A DNA stretch of 63,850 bases, counting the filler, from Octopus bimaculoides (taxonomy: Eukaryota), in assembly GCF_001194135.2 (NCBI RefSeq). It is 7 parts of 5 records of this genome, joined end to end, with 100 filler letters (N's around TTAATTAATTAA, not from the genome) between each part and the next. Parts side by side here need not be neighbours in the genome. Positions count along the whole stretch, not along the records: positions 9,355 to 25,546 come from NC_068984.1; 6 more parts are not named here. One strand, written 5' to 3'. This document shows positions 11,640 through 24,171 of this stretch, one piece after another. The notes beneath the pieces were generated by a model that worked only from the letters and a program-made list of their open reading frames with translations, did no database searches and was not told the DNA's origin. The translations under genes were made by a program, and so were the position numbers. Positions within the stretch are counted from its first letter, which is position 1; each line of letters begins with the position of its first letter.

Positions 11640-13060
11640 CATATAGGATATCACAATTAATAGTCGAATAGGTACCAGCATACACGACTGGAGAGACATT
11701 AATAACCTCCACAGTTCCTGAGATTCTTACAATGGTCCTTAGAGAACATACAGATATTTGAAAATCGGTTCCTTTCAATAATAATTCTATATCGGCCAGA
11801 TTAATGAAATGGGGACGGATAACGACAACCAGTTGTACTTGTAATTCCAAAACACTGATTTTCGTATACAGCTCGATGAATTTAACTGTACAAGGCAATG
11901 AGGCTTTATCAGCGGCATATCATCAGGAAAATCTGCAAAGAATGCTTTTTCTGTAAATCGTTGGTGCATGATACAAGATAAAACAATTTTTCAAGTATTA
12001 AAAATTCACCTTGAAAATAACAATGTCCCTCTTCAACAATAGGATATTGTGTGCAACTGATGGTGCGCCATCTTGGACAGGTCATCAAGCTGGTCTAATG
12101 TCTTACATAAGAAAGGAAATATCTAATCTATTCGAAAAACCATTGTGCAATTCATCGTCAATACTTTATGAAGCTTAACAAGCAGAAGATTTTTGTCGTT
12201 TATGCTATTAACAAAATCAAAATCCAAGGTTTTAAATACTTGGCTATTTCTTCAAGTTACGTGAACCGAACAGTGAACATTTTTAAAGACTGAAGTTCAA
12301 TGGTTGTCATAAGGGTAATGTTTGAAACGCTTCTCTCAGCTTTGCAACATCGTTATTGAATTTTTACTTATAAAAAATCATGATGACCACCTAAAAGACA
12401 TTGACTCTTATTTGTAGAGATTTGGCTTGTTTAGTTGATATTTATGTCAAGGTGAACAGCCTACGTTTGCCACTTGAAGGGAACAATTTTAACTCAGTAC
12501 TCTTAAAGAAATGTCAGCAGCTTTTATAAATAAAATTTTATTGTACACGTAAAACCGCTAGGAAGTTCTGTCAGTTACTAGCTATGAAAAATATTTTGTG
12601 ATCATTTAGTGACGCTAACCTGAGGAACTACTGTGCACATCAATACAACTGAACGATGACTTGAAGACAAAATTTAATGACTTGGTTAAACTTGAAGATT
12701 CTTGACTCGGTTAGAAAAATCCCACAGCATTTGAAGACAGGACTGAACAAAAAAGAAAAAAAATACTGAATTTGCGGGAGACTGTCGCTAAGTTACAAAA
12801 TGCCAAAGTTGATTTCTGACAATCAAAGCTTGTGATGAACGCAGTTTGAATTTCCCTTTGTTGTAGAATGAAGCCAAGCTACGTTTTGGTGTTATTCCAC
12901 GATCTTATCAAGCGGAGAAAGGTATTAGTGCAATAACCCAGATTTTCATCAAGTATAGAAACCAAATGACAGTACTATATTGTGGTGGTTAACAATTTCT
13001 TTTCATTTAAGTTGGAATAGAATATTGCAAAACCTGCCGCTGGTCATCATCTTAATGAAC
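11640..13060 (+). pseudogene. hAT Charlie/Buster-type (ZBED5/SCAND3-like) transposase remnant
   Basis: Plus-strand pieces HTTGETLI..., VPFNNNSISAR, QLDE, CATDGAPSWTG and the C-terminal IPRSYQAEKGISAI...KYRN dimerisation-domain motif, with many disruptions. Confidence 0.8.
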
Positions 13061-13974
13061 AGGTATCACATTATGAACAATATCTACAACCTTAATTACG
13101 TTTATTTTAATTATATTGCCAAATAATGTGTTTTCTCAATATTTTTCTTATTTTTAATCATATTAATAAGCAATGTACATTTATAGGTAAAATATGCAAA
13201 AACGTCATGGAATGGAAGTTAATTAGGTTATAAATGTGAATTTATTAATATTATTAATGTTAATATTATTAATGAATTCGCTGCTTAGTTCTTGGTCAAC
13301 GTGATAGAGCAAATCTTTGATCAAAGACATTCCAGTGTGTTAGATTATATTCGACTCACGTGGAAAAAATCTGAAACAAACTCCATGTTCAGAGAGAGAT
13401 AACTGAGATTAACAGCTCCTCCGTTTGATGAGAAATGTGTGTTAGGAAATGAGTTACACGACGACGAAAGAGATCAAATGGTGCGTAGCAAAGAGGGGAT
13501 GTTGAAAGGTTGGCAATCCTATGTTGTCTAGTTCCGTATCATTAATAATTTACAGTTAGTCCACACTCCCGAATGACTCAACAATCATAACAGTTATGAC
13601 ACTGTTATAGTAGTTAACGTTTATTAATTCTGTATAGCATTATTTAATGTTTATCGGAATTCTACTTGTTTGACAGACAAGTGAGTTTGAAACACCCGAG
13701 GCTTATAAAAACTCGCCATTAACTGAATTTGAACAGATGCAGTGGAATTAGGTCAGTGACTATGTACCAAAAGTGTGACGAAACTTTTTGGTGCTTCGTA
13801 ACAGACAGTATACTAAGAAATAAATGAAAAGTGAATGTAATGGTTTTTGTGCGTGTTATTAATGGCAAAAATGACTCTTCAGTGATGTAAGTGGCCATCA
13901 TTAATGTAACAACAGAAGAATGGTGAATTATCAGCGTCATTAGCGACATTTTTTCCCGCTCTTTACGTTCTGAA

Positions 13975-14110
13975 TTCAAATTCCATTGAGGTCGATTTTG
14001 CCTATCGTTGAGATCGATAAAATAAGTATCAGTTGACTACTGGGGTCGATGCAATGGATTAGACCTTTCCGCTCCTAAAATTATTGGCCCTGTATCAAAA
14101 TTTGAAAACC
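13975..14110 (+). mobile_element. SINE family B fragment
   Basis: GAATTCAAATTCC...GAGGTCGATTTTGCC...AAATAAGTATCAGTTG...CTGGGGTCGATG. Confidence 0.6.
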
Positions 14111-14274
14111 GTTATTAATGTACTATCACTGAAATATTTCACGAAGCAAAGAAAACGGACAAAAGAAAAGAAAAGAAGGAAGGAAGGAAGGAAGGAAGGA
14201 AGGAAGGAAAGAAGGAAAAAACTCATTAAACAAAACACACCAATTGAATTACTGCTATTGTTAATGTTAATTAG

Positions 14275-14520
14275 TCCATTCTGTGCCATGAGGCCGCAAC
14301 ACGATCTCTCCAACCAGCTCTGTTTTCTGCCACTGTTCTTGTCTCATTCCAGCTTCTCCACACTTTTCGTCTCCTTTTCTTGTCGATGACCCTTTGCTAT
14401 GTGGTTTTTAGGGCGCCCTGCCGTTCTTTTCCTCCCCAGGCTTCCACGTTAGTGCCACCATACAGTTGTTTTCTCGATCTTGTTTGAGGACGGGTCCGAT
14501 CCATTCGCAACGTCACTGAT
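14275..14520 (-). mobile_element. RTE-type LINE 3' end fragment
   Basis: Reverse frames give ALTWKPG..GRPK(T)T...WRSWNETRTVAENRAGWRDRVAA, typical of the RTE ORF2 C-terminus. Confidence 0.6.
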
Positions 14521-14643
14521 CGTTAGTAAATTGGGAAAACATGACATGTAATATTCGTTCTTACTCAAGGTTCTGTTTTCAAATTCCGCCGAGATCGACT
14601 TTACCATTCATCCTTTCCGGAGTCGATAAAATAAAGTACTGAT

Positions 14644-14817
14644 AGGCGCAGGAGTGGCTGTGTGGTAAGTAACTTGCTTTCCAGCCACATGGCTCCGGGT
14701 TCAGTATCACTGCGTGGCACCTTGGGCAAGTGTCTTCTACTATAGCCTCGGGCCGACCAAAGCCTTGTGAGTGGATTTGGTAGGCGGAAACTGAAAGAAG
14801 CCCGTCGTATATATGTG

Positions 14818-14875
<58 letters not shown>

Positions 14876-15078
14876 TCCCCCCCCCCACCATCGCTTGACA
14901 ACCGATGCTGGTGTGTTTACGTCCCCGTAACCTAGCGGTTCGGCAAAAAGAGACCGATAGAATAAGTACTAGGCTTACAAAGAATAAGTCCTGAGGTCGA
15001 ATTTCTCGACTAAAGGCGGTGCTCCAGCATGGCCGCCGTCAAATGACTGAAGCAAGTAAAAGAGTAAAGAGTAAAGAG
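14644..15078 (+). mobile_element. SINE family A (tRNA head, CORE-like centre, internal (TA)/(TG) tract), full length
   Basis: AGGCGCAGGAGTGGCTGTGTGG...ACCTTGGGCAAGTG...(TG)n...GACTGAAGCAAGTAAAAGAGTAAAGAG. Many copies in the window. Confidence 0.9.
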
Positions 15079-15314
15079 AAACAGTATCAAGTGCTGGGGT
15101 TGATTAAATTGATGAAGGCCTTGTGTTTGTCCGGCAATAAATATTTCATTTAAATGTTCGCTGGTTTTGCTTCAGTTATTATTCGCGCAGTCAACGAAAT
15201 ATATTTTTATTTACCAACCCGAAGTACCCAAATGCGACAACCTTATGGCCAAGGGCCCATTTGTCTAACTCCTAGGCTACGCACCTTCTCAGTTATGATT
15301 TGCATTGATAAAAA

Positions 15315-15700
15315 AAAAATAAGGGTGCAAGCTTGGCTCCCTGACGATGTGTATACAGATTCAGTTCCCTTGCATGACACCTAGGGCAAGTGTCTTTTAC
15401 AGCAGCCACGAGCTAAATAATAACTTGTGAGTGAATCTGGTAGATGGAAACTGTGTGGAAGCCCATCGTATATAAGTGTGTACATGTGAGTCCGTTTTTA
15501 TATTTGTTGCTCACCACCTGACAACTGCCGTTGGTTTGGTTACGTCCCCATAACCTCGCACTTCGCGGAAGAAAATAAGAAACCTATAAAATAAGTACTA
15601 AGGCTTAAATAAGTACTGGGGTCGATTTGATCGATAAATACCCTGAAGATGGGATCCCAGCATAGCAGCAGTTCAATAATTGAAACGAGTAAAAGAATAA
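15315..15700 (+). mobile_element. SINE family A variant
   Basis: GACACCTAGGGCAAGTGTC...GGAAACTGTGTGGAAGCCCATCG...CCCAGCATAGCAGCAGTTCAATAATTGAAACGAGTAAAAG. Confidence 0.7.
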
Positions 15701-16208
15701 AAAAAAAATTAAACATTAATAAAATTCCGAGAATTGAATAAGTCTGTGCGTCGTGAAGAGAGGAAAATGCCATCCATCACATCTCTCCTTCCCCTGTTCC
15801 TTGCAATATAATTCACCTCATTTTGTGATACTTGACCTTATTCAGGTGAATAAATTTTACTGAGAGCGATTTAAATTTCTCAATGACTTAAGCACGGAAT
15901 AAATAACAGAGATGGACAACTGGATCTGATTCACCGCTTCGATATAAATTTTACCTTATTGTTAAGACGTATTATCTCTCAGAGCTAATGTCACTCTGTA
16001 TTTGTTCGCGTACGGACACACGCGCGCGTGTTTCCGAAGATGGTTAGAAAAGGTTACTTTAGGATTTTGAGGTGTCTAAATCCTGTCTAAGATGTGTATA
16101 CAACGTTCTTGTATAGGTCGCTTTTATCTCATTTGTTTTCCTTTGGATCATCTTTTGTGAAAGATGTGTGTCCGTGTCCGCGTGCTTTCTCCGCCTCTTT
16201 ACCCCCCC

Positions 16209-16316
<108 letters not shown>

Positions 16317-16610
16317 ATGTATGTGCATACAGAAAAGGAAGAGTTTAGCTCATTGGTAACCTAAACTAATAGGTATGCAATCTGAGTGCTCCACTTGATA
16401 AGCTACTAGGATCCAAGTTCACAACGGGGCTAGAGTTGTGGAAACAGCTGTAAGACAATATTATATTATTTTAATTTTATTTTTGCTAACTTCGCTTCTC
16501 TATTAAACTAATTTAAATGAACTGATAAGCTTGTCCTGTCTGATTTTGTTTTCTTTAAATTTTATATATATATTAAATTATATATATTAAATTATATATA
16601 TATATATATA

Positions 16611-16735
16611 TAGTTCAAATTTACAGAAAACAAAGGACGAAGACAGATGAAGGAACAATAAGCTGGTGTATTAGTTTGACGCTTAGGAGGATTGGAAAAG
16701 TCTTTGACGTTTCGAACCTACTCTCTTCAATAGAA
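16611..16735 (-). mobile_element. Short PLE-pLTR-like dispersed repeat (homologue of 7770-7894)
   Basis: Reverse strand TTGAAGAGAGTAGGTTCGAAACGTCAAAGAC...CTGTAAATTTGAACTA, abutting (TA)n. Confidence 0.55.
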
Positions 16736-16892
16736 AGGGATGAGGGGAGAAAAATGGGGAGAAAACGATAAAATGGAGAAAGAACGAAAGAATGGAGTGA
16801 AAAAAACTGCAAGGATTAACGGTTTAGGCAAATAAAAGATAGGAAAAATCAACAAGAAAGAAAGAAAGAAAGAAGGAAAGAATATTAAAGCG

Positions 16893-16984
16893 GGATTAGG
16901 TTTAGGTTTAAGGGTTAGGGTTTAAGGTTGAGAGTACGGGTTTCGGTTAGGACATGGTTGAGGTTGAGGTTAGGGTTTAGGTTA
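16893..16984 (+). repeat. Degenerate TTAGGG/TTTAGG-like repeat tract
   Basis: GGATTAGGTTTAGGTTTAAGGGTTAGGGTTTAAGG...GGTTAGGGTTTAGG. Confidence 0.6.
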
Positions 16985-17959
16985 TATGTTAAGTTGATCG
17001 CAAAAATTCTTTGCAAACATTAATTTGCTTTATCTTCTTTCATTACATATTTTCATCTTTGCATGTTTTGTGACGCTTTTATTATTACATTGAAACGATT
17101 TTCTCAAAAAAACAGCAAGTCGTGATTTTCCTTAGGCGCGAAATAACATTGCGATGGCGCTGTGTTGAATGGATGAATCTGATTGGTTATTTTACCAAAA
17201 AATTCAGTCTTTAGACAAACATAACAGGCTTTTATATTATTAATTTCTCCAAAATATTAATGCGATTTTCGTAATTAGTACGCAAAATTACATTTGTAAA
17301 TAAAATTTCAAAATATATTGTTTTCTAAAGTCAAACAGAAAAGATCCTAACTAGAATTTAAATATTCATTATTCTGAGTTTGTTTGACATCATCGTTTTC
17401 GATACGACTAAAAGTTCTGTTATAAATTATAGGCTTATATAAAGTATTAAATATGTGATTAGGCTTTTAAAAACTACTCATAATGTAAAATTTATCATTT
17501 GAAATATTTAACTGAAGGTGTTTAGATATAAGGATAGAAAAAGCGGTGGAGCAAAAGTAACTGTGCGACAGAGAGAAAGGGAAAGTAGAGAGAGACAAAA
17601 GAAGAGAAGAAAAGAATTAGAAAAATACAAAGGAATACAAAGATGGGGGGGGGGACAAAAGGGGGAAAGAATAAGGAAAGAATAGAGAGAGAATAAAGAA
17701 AGAAGAATTAGTGAGAGCCAAACCTTTTTGCTGAACTTCGATAACACTAAATACTATTTAGTTACGATAGTGTTATGGAGAAAACATACTTTATGAGGGG
17801 AGAGTGTGAACGCAAGCAGCAATAAAGTGCGGAGTTTATAATTATAAATGGTATTGAGGTAGATCCGGCTACAAAGCTCGGATTTAAAACACCGGATGAG
17901 GATGATGATGATGATGATGAAGTAGTGGACCAAATGGGAGGTGAAAGACGCAGGGAAGA

Positions 17960-18580
17960 GTAAAGAATATTTTTAGATATTGCGTTTAACTTAAACACAC
18001 CTCTAAACATTGTCTTTGTAGAAAGCCACATGAAAAAACTGGTATACATAAAATCCTCCATTCATCCTCCAGTTGTCATGAGAAACTTAATACACAACCA
18101 TACAAATGTAATATCGTCTACCTTAATCCCCCATACAGCTTTCGTGTGGCATGTGATATTGTCCCAACTTGTACAAAATATTTTCTAGTCGGTCACAGGT
18201 ACCACGAAATCTCTTCTAAGAACTCCATGAAAATTAACTACAGCTGTACTAGAGACATAAAAAAAATCTGATTTCAACAGAAGAAATTACAATAGCGGCT
18301 TTCTGTTATTTAAGCAAATCCAATACAACTGTGTCGAGATCACCTCGTACGTGCTTGGCAGTAAATATCTAGTATTTCGTCAGGCGAAAAGTTTTTAACT
18401 GTGCATCACCATGCTATGACAAAGCCTAGAAAGGCGGTGGTTTCCAAGAGGACATACAATATTAATACGAAGTAAAGCTATAAAAAACACGCATAAGTAT
18501 CATACAAGTAAGTCTGTTGAAAAGTGCTTCAGCGCGAGACTTAAGAAGGTTATACGGTGAGTTAAACCAGATGATATTTA
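17960..18580. mobile_element. Cluster of PLE RT-thumb and linker fragments in mixed orientation
   Basis: Plus strand FLDIAFNLNT.., FNCASPCYDKA*KGGGFQEDIQY, and FNPPYS-like and INYSCT motifs. Minus strand [10 protein letters not shown] (ORF 18462-18695). Confidence 0.6.
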
Positions 18581-18596
18581 GAGTTCTCTTTCCTAA

Positions 18597-18647
<51 letters not shown>

Positions 18648-18739
18648 GCACTCATATGTACGTACGTACTTACGTATGTATGTATAGATACACATATATA
18701 CATGTTTATATACATATACAAATATATATGCTTAAAAAA

Positions 18740-19058
18740 GGTTTAAAATTTATGACCAGTGTTTCGGTAGAATGTTTATTGATTTATTCATAGATTATAT
18801 CATAACATATAATCTACCATCTTCAGGTTAAATTTTAAGCAAGTATAAACAAGTGAGACAATACTCTGCTGATGACGAATTCAACCAACATTTTTGATGT
18901 ATCCATAAATGTTGGTTTGACACGTCATCATCAAGGTGTTATCCCACCTGTTTATACCTATTTAAAATTTTATCTGAAGATGGTGGGTTATATGTCATTA
19001 TGTAATCTATGAATACATCAAGAAACTTCTACCGAAACAGCTGTCGTAAATTTTAACC
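18740..19058. repeat. About 320-bp imperfect inverted repeat of two head-to-head hammerhead-bearing PLE-type repeats
   Basis: Arms pair: TTCGGTAGAA/TTCTACCGAA, ATTCATAGATTA/TAATCTATGAAT, CCATCTTCAG/CTGAAGATGG, TGATGACG/CGTCATCA, ACCAACATTT/AAATGTTGGT. Confidence 0.85.
18962..19056 (+). ncRNA. Type-I hammerhead ribozyme motif (predicted cleavage GUC after 19045)
   Basis: CTGAAGA(18974-80)-T-GGTGG...CTACC-GAAA(19034-37)-CAGCTG-TC. Stem I AAAATTTTAT/GTAAATTTT has one bulge. Confidence 0.55.
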
Positions 19059-19856
19059 CCCTATTTATGTTCTTTTTTTATCCCTACACCGCACCTAGAA
19101 TCAAGCCTGAGTTGGATCTAAAGTTTAAATTGGATTTGGTACTTATATATCTATTGTATCCTAGCAACACATGATACTTCCATGTTTGTTTTAACTCACT
19201 ATGGACCTTCTGTTATTGTAACTAGCCATTTATGGTAGCCTAAGTGTTGATGTACCTAAATTATATATATATATATATATATATNNNNNNNNNNNNNNNN
19301 NNNNNNNNNNNNNNNNNNNNNNNNNNNNNNNNNNNNNNNNNNNNNNNNNNNNNNNNNNNNNNNNNNNNNNNNNNNNNNNNNNNNNNNNNNNNNNNNNNNN
19401 NNNNNNNNNNNNNNNNNNNNNNNNNNNNNNNNNNNNNNNNNNNNNNNNNNNNNNNNNNNNNNNNNNNNNNNNNNNNNNNNNNNNNNNNNNNNNNNNNNNN
19501 NNNNNNNNNNNNNNNNNNNNNNNNNNNNNNNNNNNNNNNNNNNNNNNNNNNNNNNNNNNNNNNNNNNNNNNNNNNNNNNNNNNNNNNNNNNNNNNNNNNN
19601 NNNNNNNNNNNNNNNNNNNNNNNNNNNNNNNNNNNNNNNNNNNNNNNNNNNNNNNNNNNNNNNNNNNNNNNNNNNNNNNNNNNNNNNNNNNNNNNNNNNN
19701 NNNNNNNNNNNNNNNNNNNNNNNNNNNNNNNNNNNNNNNNNNNNNNNNNNNNNNNNNNNNNNNNNNNNNNNNNNNNNNNNNNNNNNNNNNNNNNNNNNNN
19801 NNNNNNNNNNNNNNNNNNNNNNNNNNNNNNNNNNNNNNNNNNNNNNNNNNNNNNNN

Positions 19857-20113
19857 GTTCTCGGGGATATACAGCGTGACACAGTGTGACAAGGCTGACC
19901 CTTTGAAATACAGGCACAACAGAAATAGGAAGTAAGAGTGAGAGAAAGTTGTGGTGAAAGAGCACAGCAGGGTTCGCCACCATCCCCTGCCGGAGCCTCG
20001 TGGAGCTTTAGGTGTTTTCGCTCAATAAACACTCACAACGCCCGGTCTGGGAATCGAAACCGCGATCCTATGACCGCGAGTCCGCTGCCCTAACCACTGG
20101 GCCATTGCGCCTC
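19857..20113 (-). mobile_element. tRNA-derived SINE family M, 3' part in a gap
   Basis: Near-identical to 660-911. Confidence 0.85.
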
Positions 20114-20159
20114 CACTTATGACTCATTAAGGCATTGATATCGTGTCTTACCTCTATAG

Positions 20160-20450
20160 ACGCAGTCGTGAATGCATGGTTAAGAAGCTTACTTCCCAAT
20201 TATGTAGTCATGGGTTCAGTCTCATTAAGCGGCACCTTGGGCAGGTCTCTTCTACGATAGCTCCAGGTTAATCAAGGCTTTGTGAGTGGACTTGGTAGAC
20301 AGAAATTGTAGGAAAATTTGTCATGTATTTGTGTGTGTGTGCTTGCGTGCGTGTATATATATGTATGTTTGTATGTATGTATCTACGTGTGTGTGTGTGT
20401 GTGCGTGTGTGTATTGTGTTTGTTTCCCACCACCAACTTGACAACCTCAG
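20160..20450 (+). mobile_element. SINE family A variant, diverged
   Basis: TGGTTAAGAAGCTT...GGCACCTTGGGCAGG...GTGAGTGGACTTGGTAGACAGAAATTG...(TG)n...TTGACAACC. Confidence 0.65.
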
Positions 20451-20584
20451 TTGTGAAGAGAAAAACCTTAAAATTTGAAATAAACGCTCAGACGTATCTG
20501 GATCGGTTTGAATTGTCCGAAGAAATGTGTTTTGAAAATTTTTTGGTGGAAATAAAGAATTACGTCACTTAATTTATTAAGTAG

Positions 20585-21060
20585 AACGTCTTTACTCTCA
20601 CGTAATATTTCGAAAGAATTTGTGCAGTACAAATTCCATTTTACCCATCTTCCCTGGTTCTGTTTTCCAGTCTCGATGATAGACCAGGAGATGTATCATT
20701 TACTTTTGGGTTTAGAGGTGGTGAATATAAATTTTCAGCGAAATAGATTTGCAGTCACTATTAGAAAAAGTGTTCATATGCGCCAAGAAACGGCACTCAA
20801 AATGAATCGAAGCCCCGATGCATATTTTAGCATTATTGTGGTGTGTAATAGTGCCAGTCACTTATATACAGCAGTGTAACGCAAAGTGTGACCAGTCAAG
20901 GGGCAATTAGTGGGTATTCTACAATTACATTTCTTCATGAAATCTCAATATATCCAACGCAGAGGATTCGCAGTTAAATTTATTCTTCAGAAGGTGTGGC
21001 AAAAATGCGATTCATCTAGTAGTATAACCGTATTTAAGAGCATTAAAATATCGTGTTTAT
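20585..21060 (-). mobile_element. PLE Zn-knuckle and GIY-YIG fragment, decayed
   Basis: Reverse strand KKCNCRIPTNCPLTGH...VYK, ICIGAS..FECRFLAHMNTF and SWSIIE, matching the PLE C-terminus pattern. Confidence 0.6.
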
Positions 21061-22065
21061 GTGTTCATAATAAATACAACTTGTTTGATGTTCATTACTG
21101 ATTCAGTATGCGTTCTGTAATACATATTATAGCACCGACCAGTAGTCAATGTTTTTAAACAACTGTAAAGAACAAGAGATATTTAGGAATAACTTTTTGT
21201 TCTACTAGTTATATGAGTAGTTTTGTTTCCATAATATCGTTTGTAAATGATATGATATAATGACATATATACGTTTTTTGTACATCTTTTTTTTTTAATC
21301 ACATGTTTATGCTATACAGTTCTTATAACCAACTCGTATTCTGTAGAATTAATTTTATTCTGATTAGGAAGTTAGATATTTAGAGTTTTGTGTCTTCTTA
21401 AGCACTAAACCATTCTTCATCTATTATGTGGTTATACTAGTATCTTTTCACCCATTTGTATATATTGGATATACATACATACATATATGCATGCATACAT
21501 ACATACATACATACATACATACATACATACATACATACATACATACATAAATACATACATACATACATACATATTCAACATCACAGCATTTTTCCTACTT
21601 TCAGCCTGTTTTTTTTTTTAATGGCATATCAGTTTTAGAGAAACCTTAATACTTGAGATTCTCTCCCCTTCTCGTTTACAGTTGCTACCAATTGCCACAA
21701 ACTGATTTCTCTACCTTCTGTGGATACAGAAATAATTTCAAGGGAAAATAATTTATCTTGTGATGTTGTTTGGCTTTGTAGTTCAGGAACATGACTCCAC
21801 CCACATAGAGTTATTCCTCTTTGTCATTTTCATCTTTATGTTTTTATGTGCAATGTACACCTACACACACATACATATATACATACATGCATGCATACAT
21901 ACATACATACATACATACATACATACAAACATGCATGCATACATACATACATACAAACATGCATGCATACATACATACTGCATATCAATGTATATTTGAT
22001 GATAACAATAGTCTATACATTGTGTATGCGTATCTGTATGTATGCATATATATGGGTGTGTAAAC

Positions 22066-22932
22066 TATTCTGATCAATAAGTATCCGGACTGTTGCCATA
22101 GTAATGAAGCTAAAGCATGCAGAGTGAAGCTGCTTGGCACAGATTGACATTGAACTCTGATGTGCATGAGCACTAAGTTTTAACATTCTCACTCACTTCC
22201 GCTGTTTATAGCAGTGCTTGGAAGGAAGGTGTGTAGCATGTGATCGTCGCATTGACCATGACAGAGAAAGTTAAGCAGAGAATCTGCATAAAATTTTGCC
22301 AAAAGCTGATCAGAGGCCCACGCAAAGTTTTCGGAAAGTTTCCATCGTTCTCAATACAATCAAGGAGATCTTGGACAACTGAAACCTAAGTGTCTTTTTG
22401 GTTAGCTGAAAGCAGTTTTGGCACAAACTTGGCAAACCCCGCTTCTCATACCAAAATTTTCAGTGATAATGGACTGAACTGACCCGTAACTAATCTGCAC
22501 ATCCTCTGATATCTCATGGATGGTGATTCGACGATTTCCCCTCACATCTGCAATGTTTTTCTCAGTTCTGCTGGTTGCAGGTCTCCCAGAACGTTTGTCA
22601 ATATTGACATTTTTTTCGGCCATCTTGGAAACGCCTGAACTACACGTACACTTGACTGCGGCTCATACGCTCCTCTCCATACACTTTCAGAAATTTGTGT
22701 AGGACTCTGAGCAGGTATCGCCATGAGAACTTTCATTGTCATGGTCAATGTGATGATCACGCGCTACACACGTTCCTTCCAAGCACTGCTGTAAACAACG
22801 GAAGTGAGCTAGAACGTTAAAACTTAGGGTACATGCACAGCAAAGTTGAAAGCCAATCTATGCCAAGTGGCTTCACTCTGCGTGCTTTAGCTTCGTTACT
22901 ATGGCAACAGTCCTGATACTTATTGATCAGAC

Positions 22933-22939
<7 letters not shown>
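22066..22939. mobile_element. Mariner-derived fold-back element (two inverted 5' ends)
   Basis: About 200-bp inverted arms at 22068-22272 and 22731-22937 starting TCTGATCAATAAGTATC. Left arm begins MTEKVKQRICIKFCQK; right arm continues on the minus strand to RRITIHEISEDVQISYGSVQSII and VQDLLDCIENDGNF. Confidence 0.8.
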
Positions 22940-23002
<63 letters not shown>

Positions 23003-23114
23003 TAGATGTATCTATATATAATACACACACACATGCACACACATATACACACATATATGCAGATATATATACATGTAGATATAGATATATAAATGTATAA
23101 ACGTATGTAAAATA

Positions 23115-23362
23115 CATCATTTCGAGCGTGGCCGTTGCCAGTACCTCCTGACTGGCCTTCGTACCGGTGGCACGTAAAAGCACCCACTACATTCTCGGAG
23201 TGGTTGGCGTTAGGAAGGGCATCCAGCTGTAGAAACTCTGCCAGATCAGATTGGAGCCTGGTGTAGCCATCTGGTTCACCAGTCCTCAGTCAAATCGTCC
23301 AACCCATGCTAGCATGGAAAGCGGACATTAAACGATGATGATGATGATGATGATGATGATGA
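23115..23362 (+). mobile_element. SINE or RTE-related 3'-end family with (GAT)n tail
   Basis: GTTGGCGTTAGGAAGGGCATCCAGCTGTAGAAACTCTGCC...CCCATGCTAGCATGGAAAGCGGAC.TTAAACGATGATGAT. Inverted copy at 60709-61025. Confidence 0.8.
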
Positions 23363-23409
23363 TATATAAATGTGTGTGTATGCATATATATATATATATA
23401 CTATTTTAT

Positions 23410-23805
23410 TTTATTTTACTATTTTACTTGTTTCAGTCATTTGACTGCGGCCATGCTGGAGCACCGCCTTTTTTAGTCGAGCAAATCGACCCCAGGACTT
23501 ATTCTTTGTAAGCCTAGTATTTATTCTATCGCTAAGTTACGGGGACGTAAACACACCAGTATCGGTTGTCAAGCGATGTCGTGGGGACAAACACAGACAC
23601 ACAAACATATACACACACATGCATATATATATACATATATATGACGGGCTTCTTTCAGTTTCCGTCTACCAAATCCACTCACAAGGCTTTGGTCTGCCCG
23701 AGGCTATAGTAGAAGACACTTGCCCAAGGTGCCACGCAGTGGGAATGAACCCGGTACCATGTGGTTGGTAAGCAAGCTACTTACCACACAGCCACTCTTG
23801 CGCCT
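23410..23805 (-). mobile_element. SINE family A, full length
   Basis: Reverse complement of 14644-15078 including the internal microsatellite. Confidence 0.9.
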
Positions 23806-24171
23806 ATATATATATCGTAAATAATATAATTTAAAGAAGAAACAAAAATTAGATAATTATCTTATATTTATGATATACATTATTACAACAAATACATTAA
23901 GACATTTAGAACATTTTAAAAGTATTATTTAAGAATATAATAAAAATAAAAAATATATGAAATAAAAATGGGCATAAAAATATAAGCAAGAAAAAATTTG
24001 ACATGTAGAGTGATATAATGAATATAAGAAAACCTTATTAGAAATTAAAAATTAAAAATTAAAAGTTAGAAATTACATTGACGGCAGTGAGAAACATTAA
24101 TGAGGAATTTAAAAGTCAGACAAATATATTTGTTTTAAGAGTTCTAAAAAATATATAACGGATTATAATAA

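Noticed and set aside
11608-11898. Minus-strand 96-aa ORF with a superficially Ig-like beta pattern
   Set aside because: It is the antisense of the plus-strand hAT transposase remnant (HTTGETLI...NNNSISAR).
16013-16036. 24-bp near-perfect palindrome CGGACACACGCG/CGCGTGTTTCCG
   Set aside because: Largely explained by (CA)/(CG)/(TG) low-complexity sequence, with no supporting context.
16385-16455. CACAAC/GTTGTG-GAAA-CAGCTG-TA hammerhead-like 3' half
   Set aside because: No CUGANGA is positioned before stem II and there is no stem I pairing.
21660-21795. Strong pyrimidine tract plus CAG acceptor at about 21682
   Set aside because: All three frames reach stops without a convincing donor, and there is no recognisable protein similarity.
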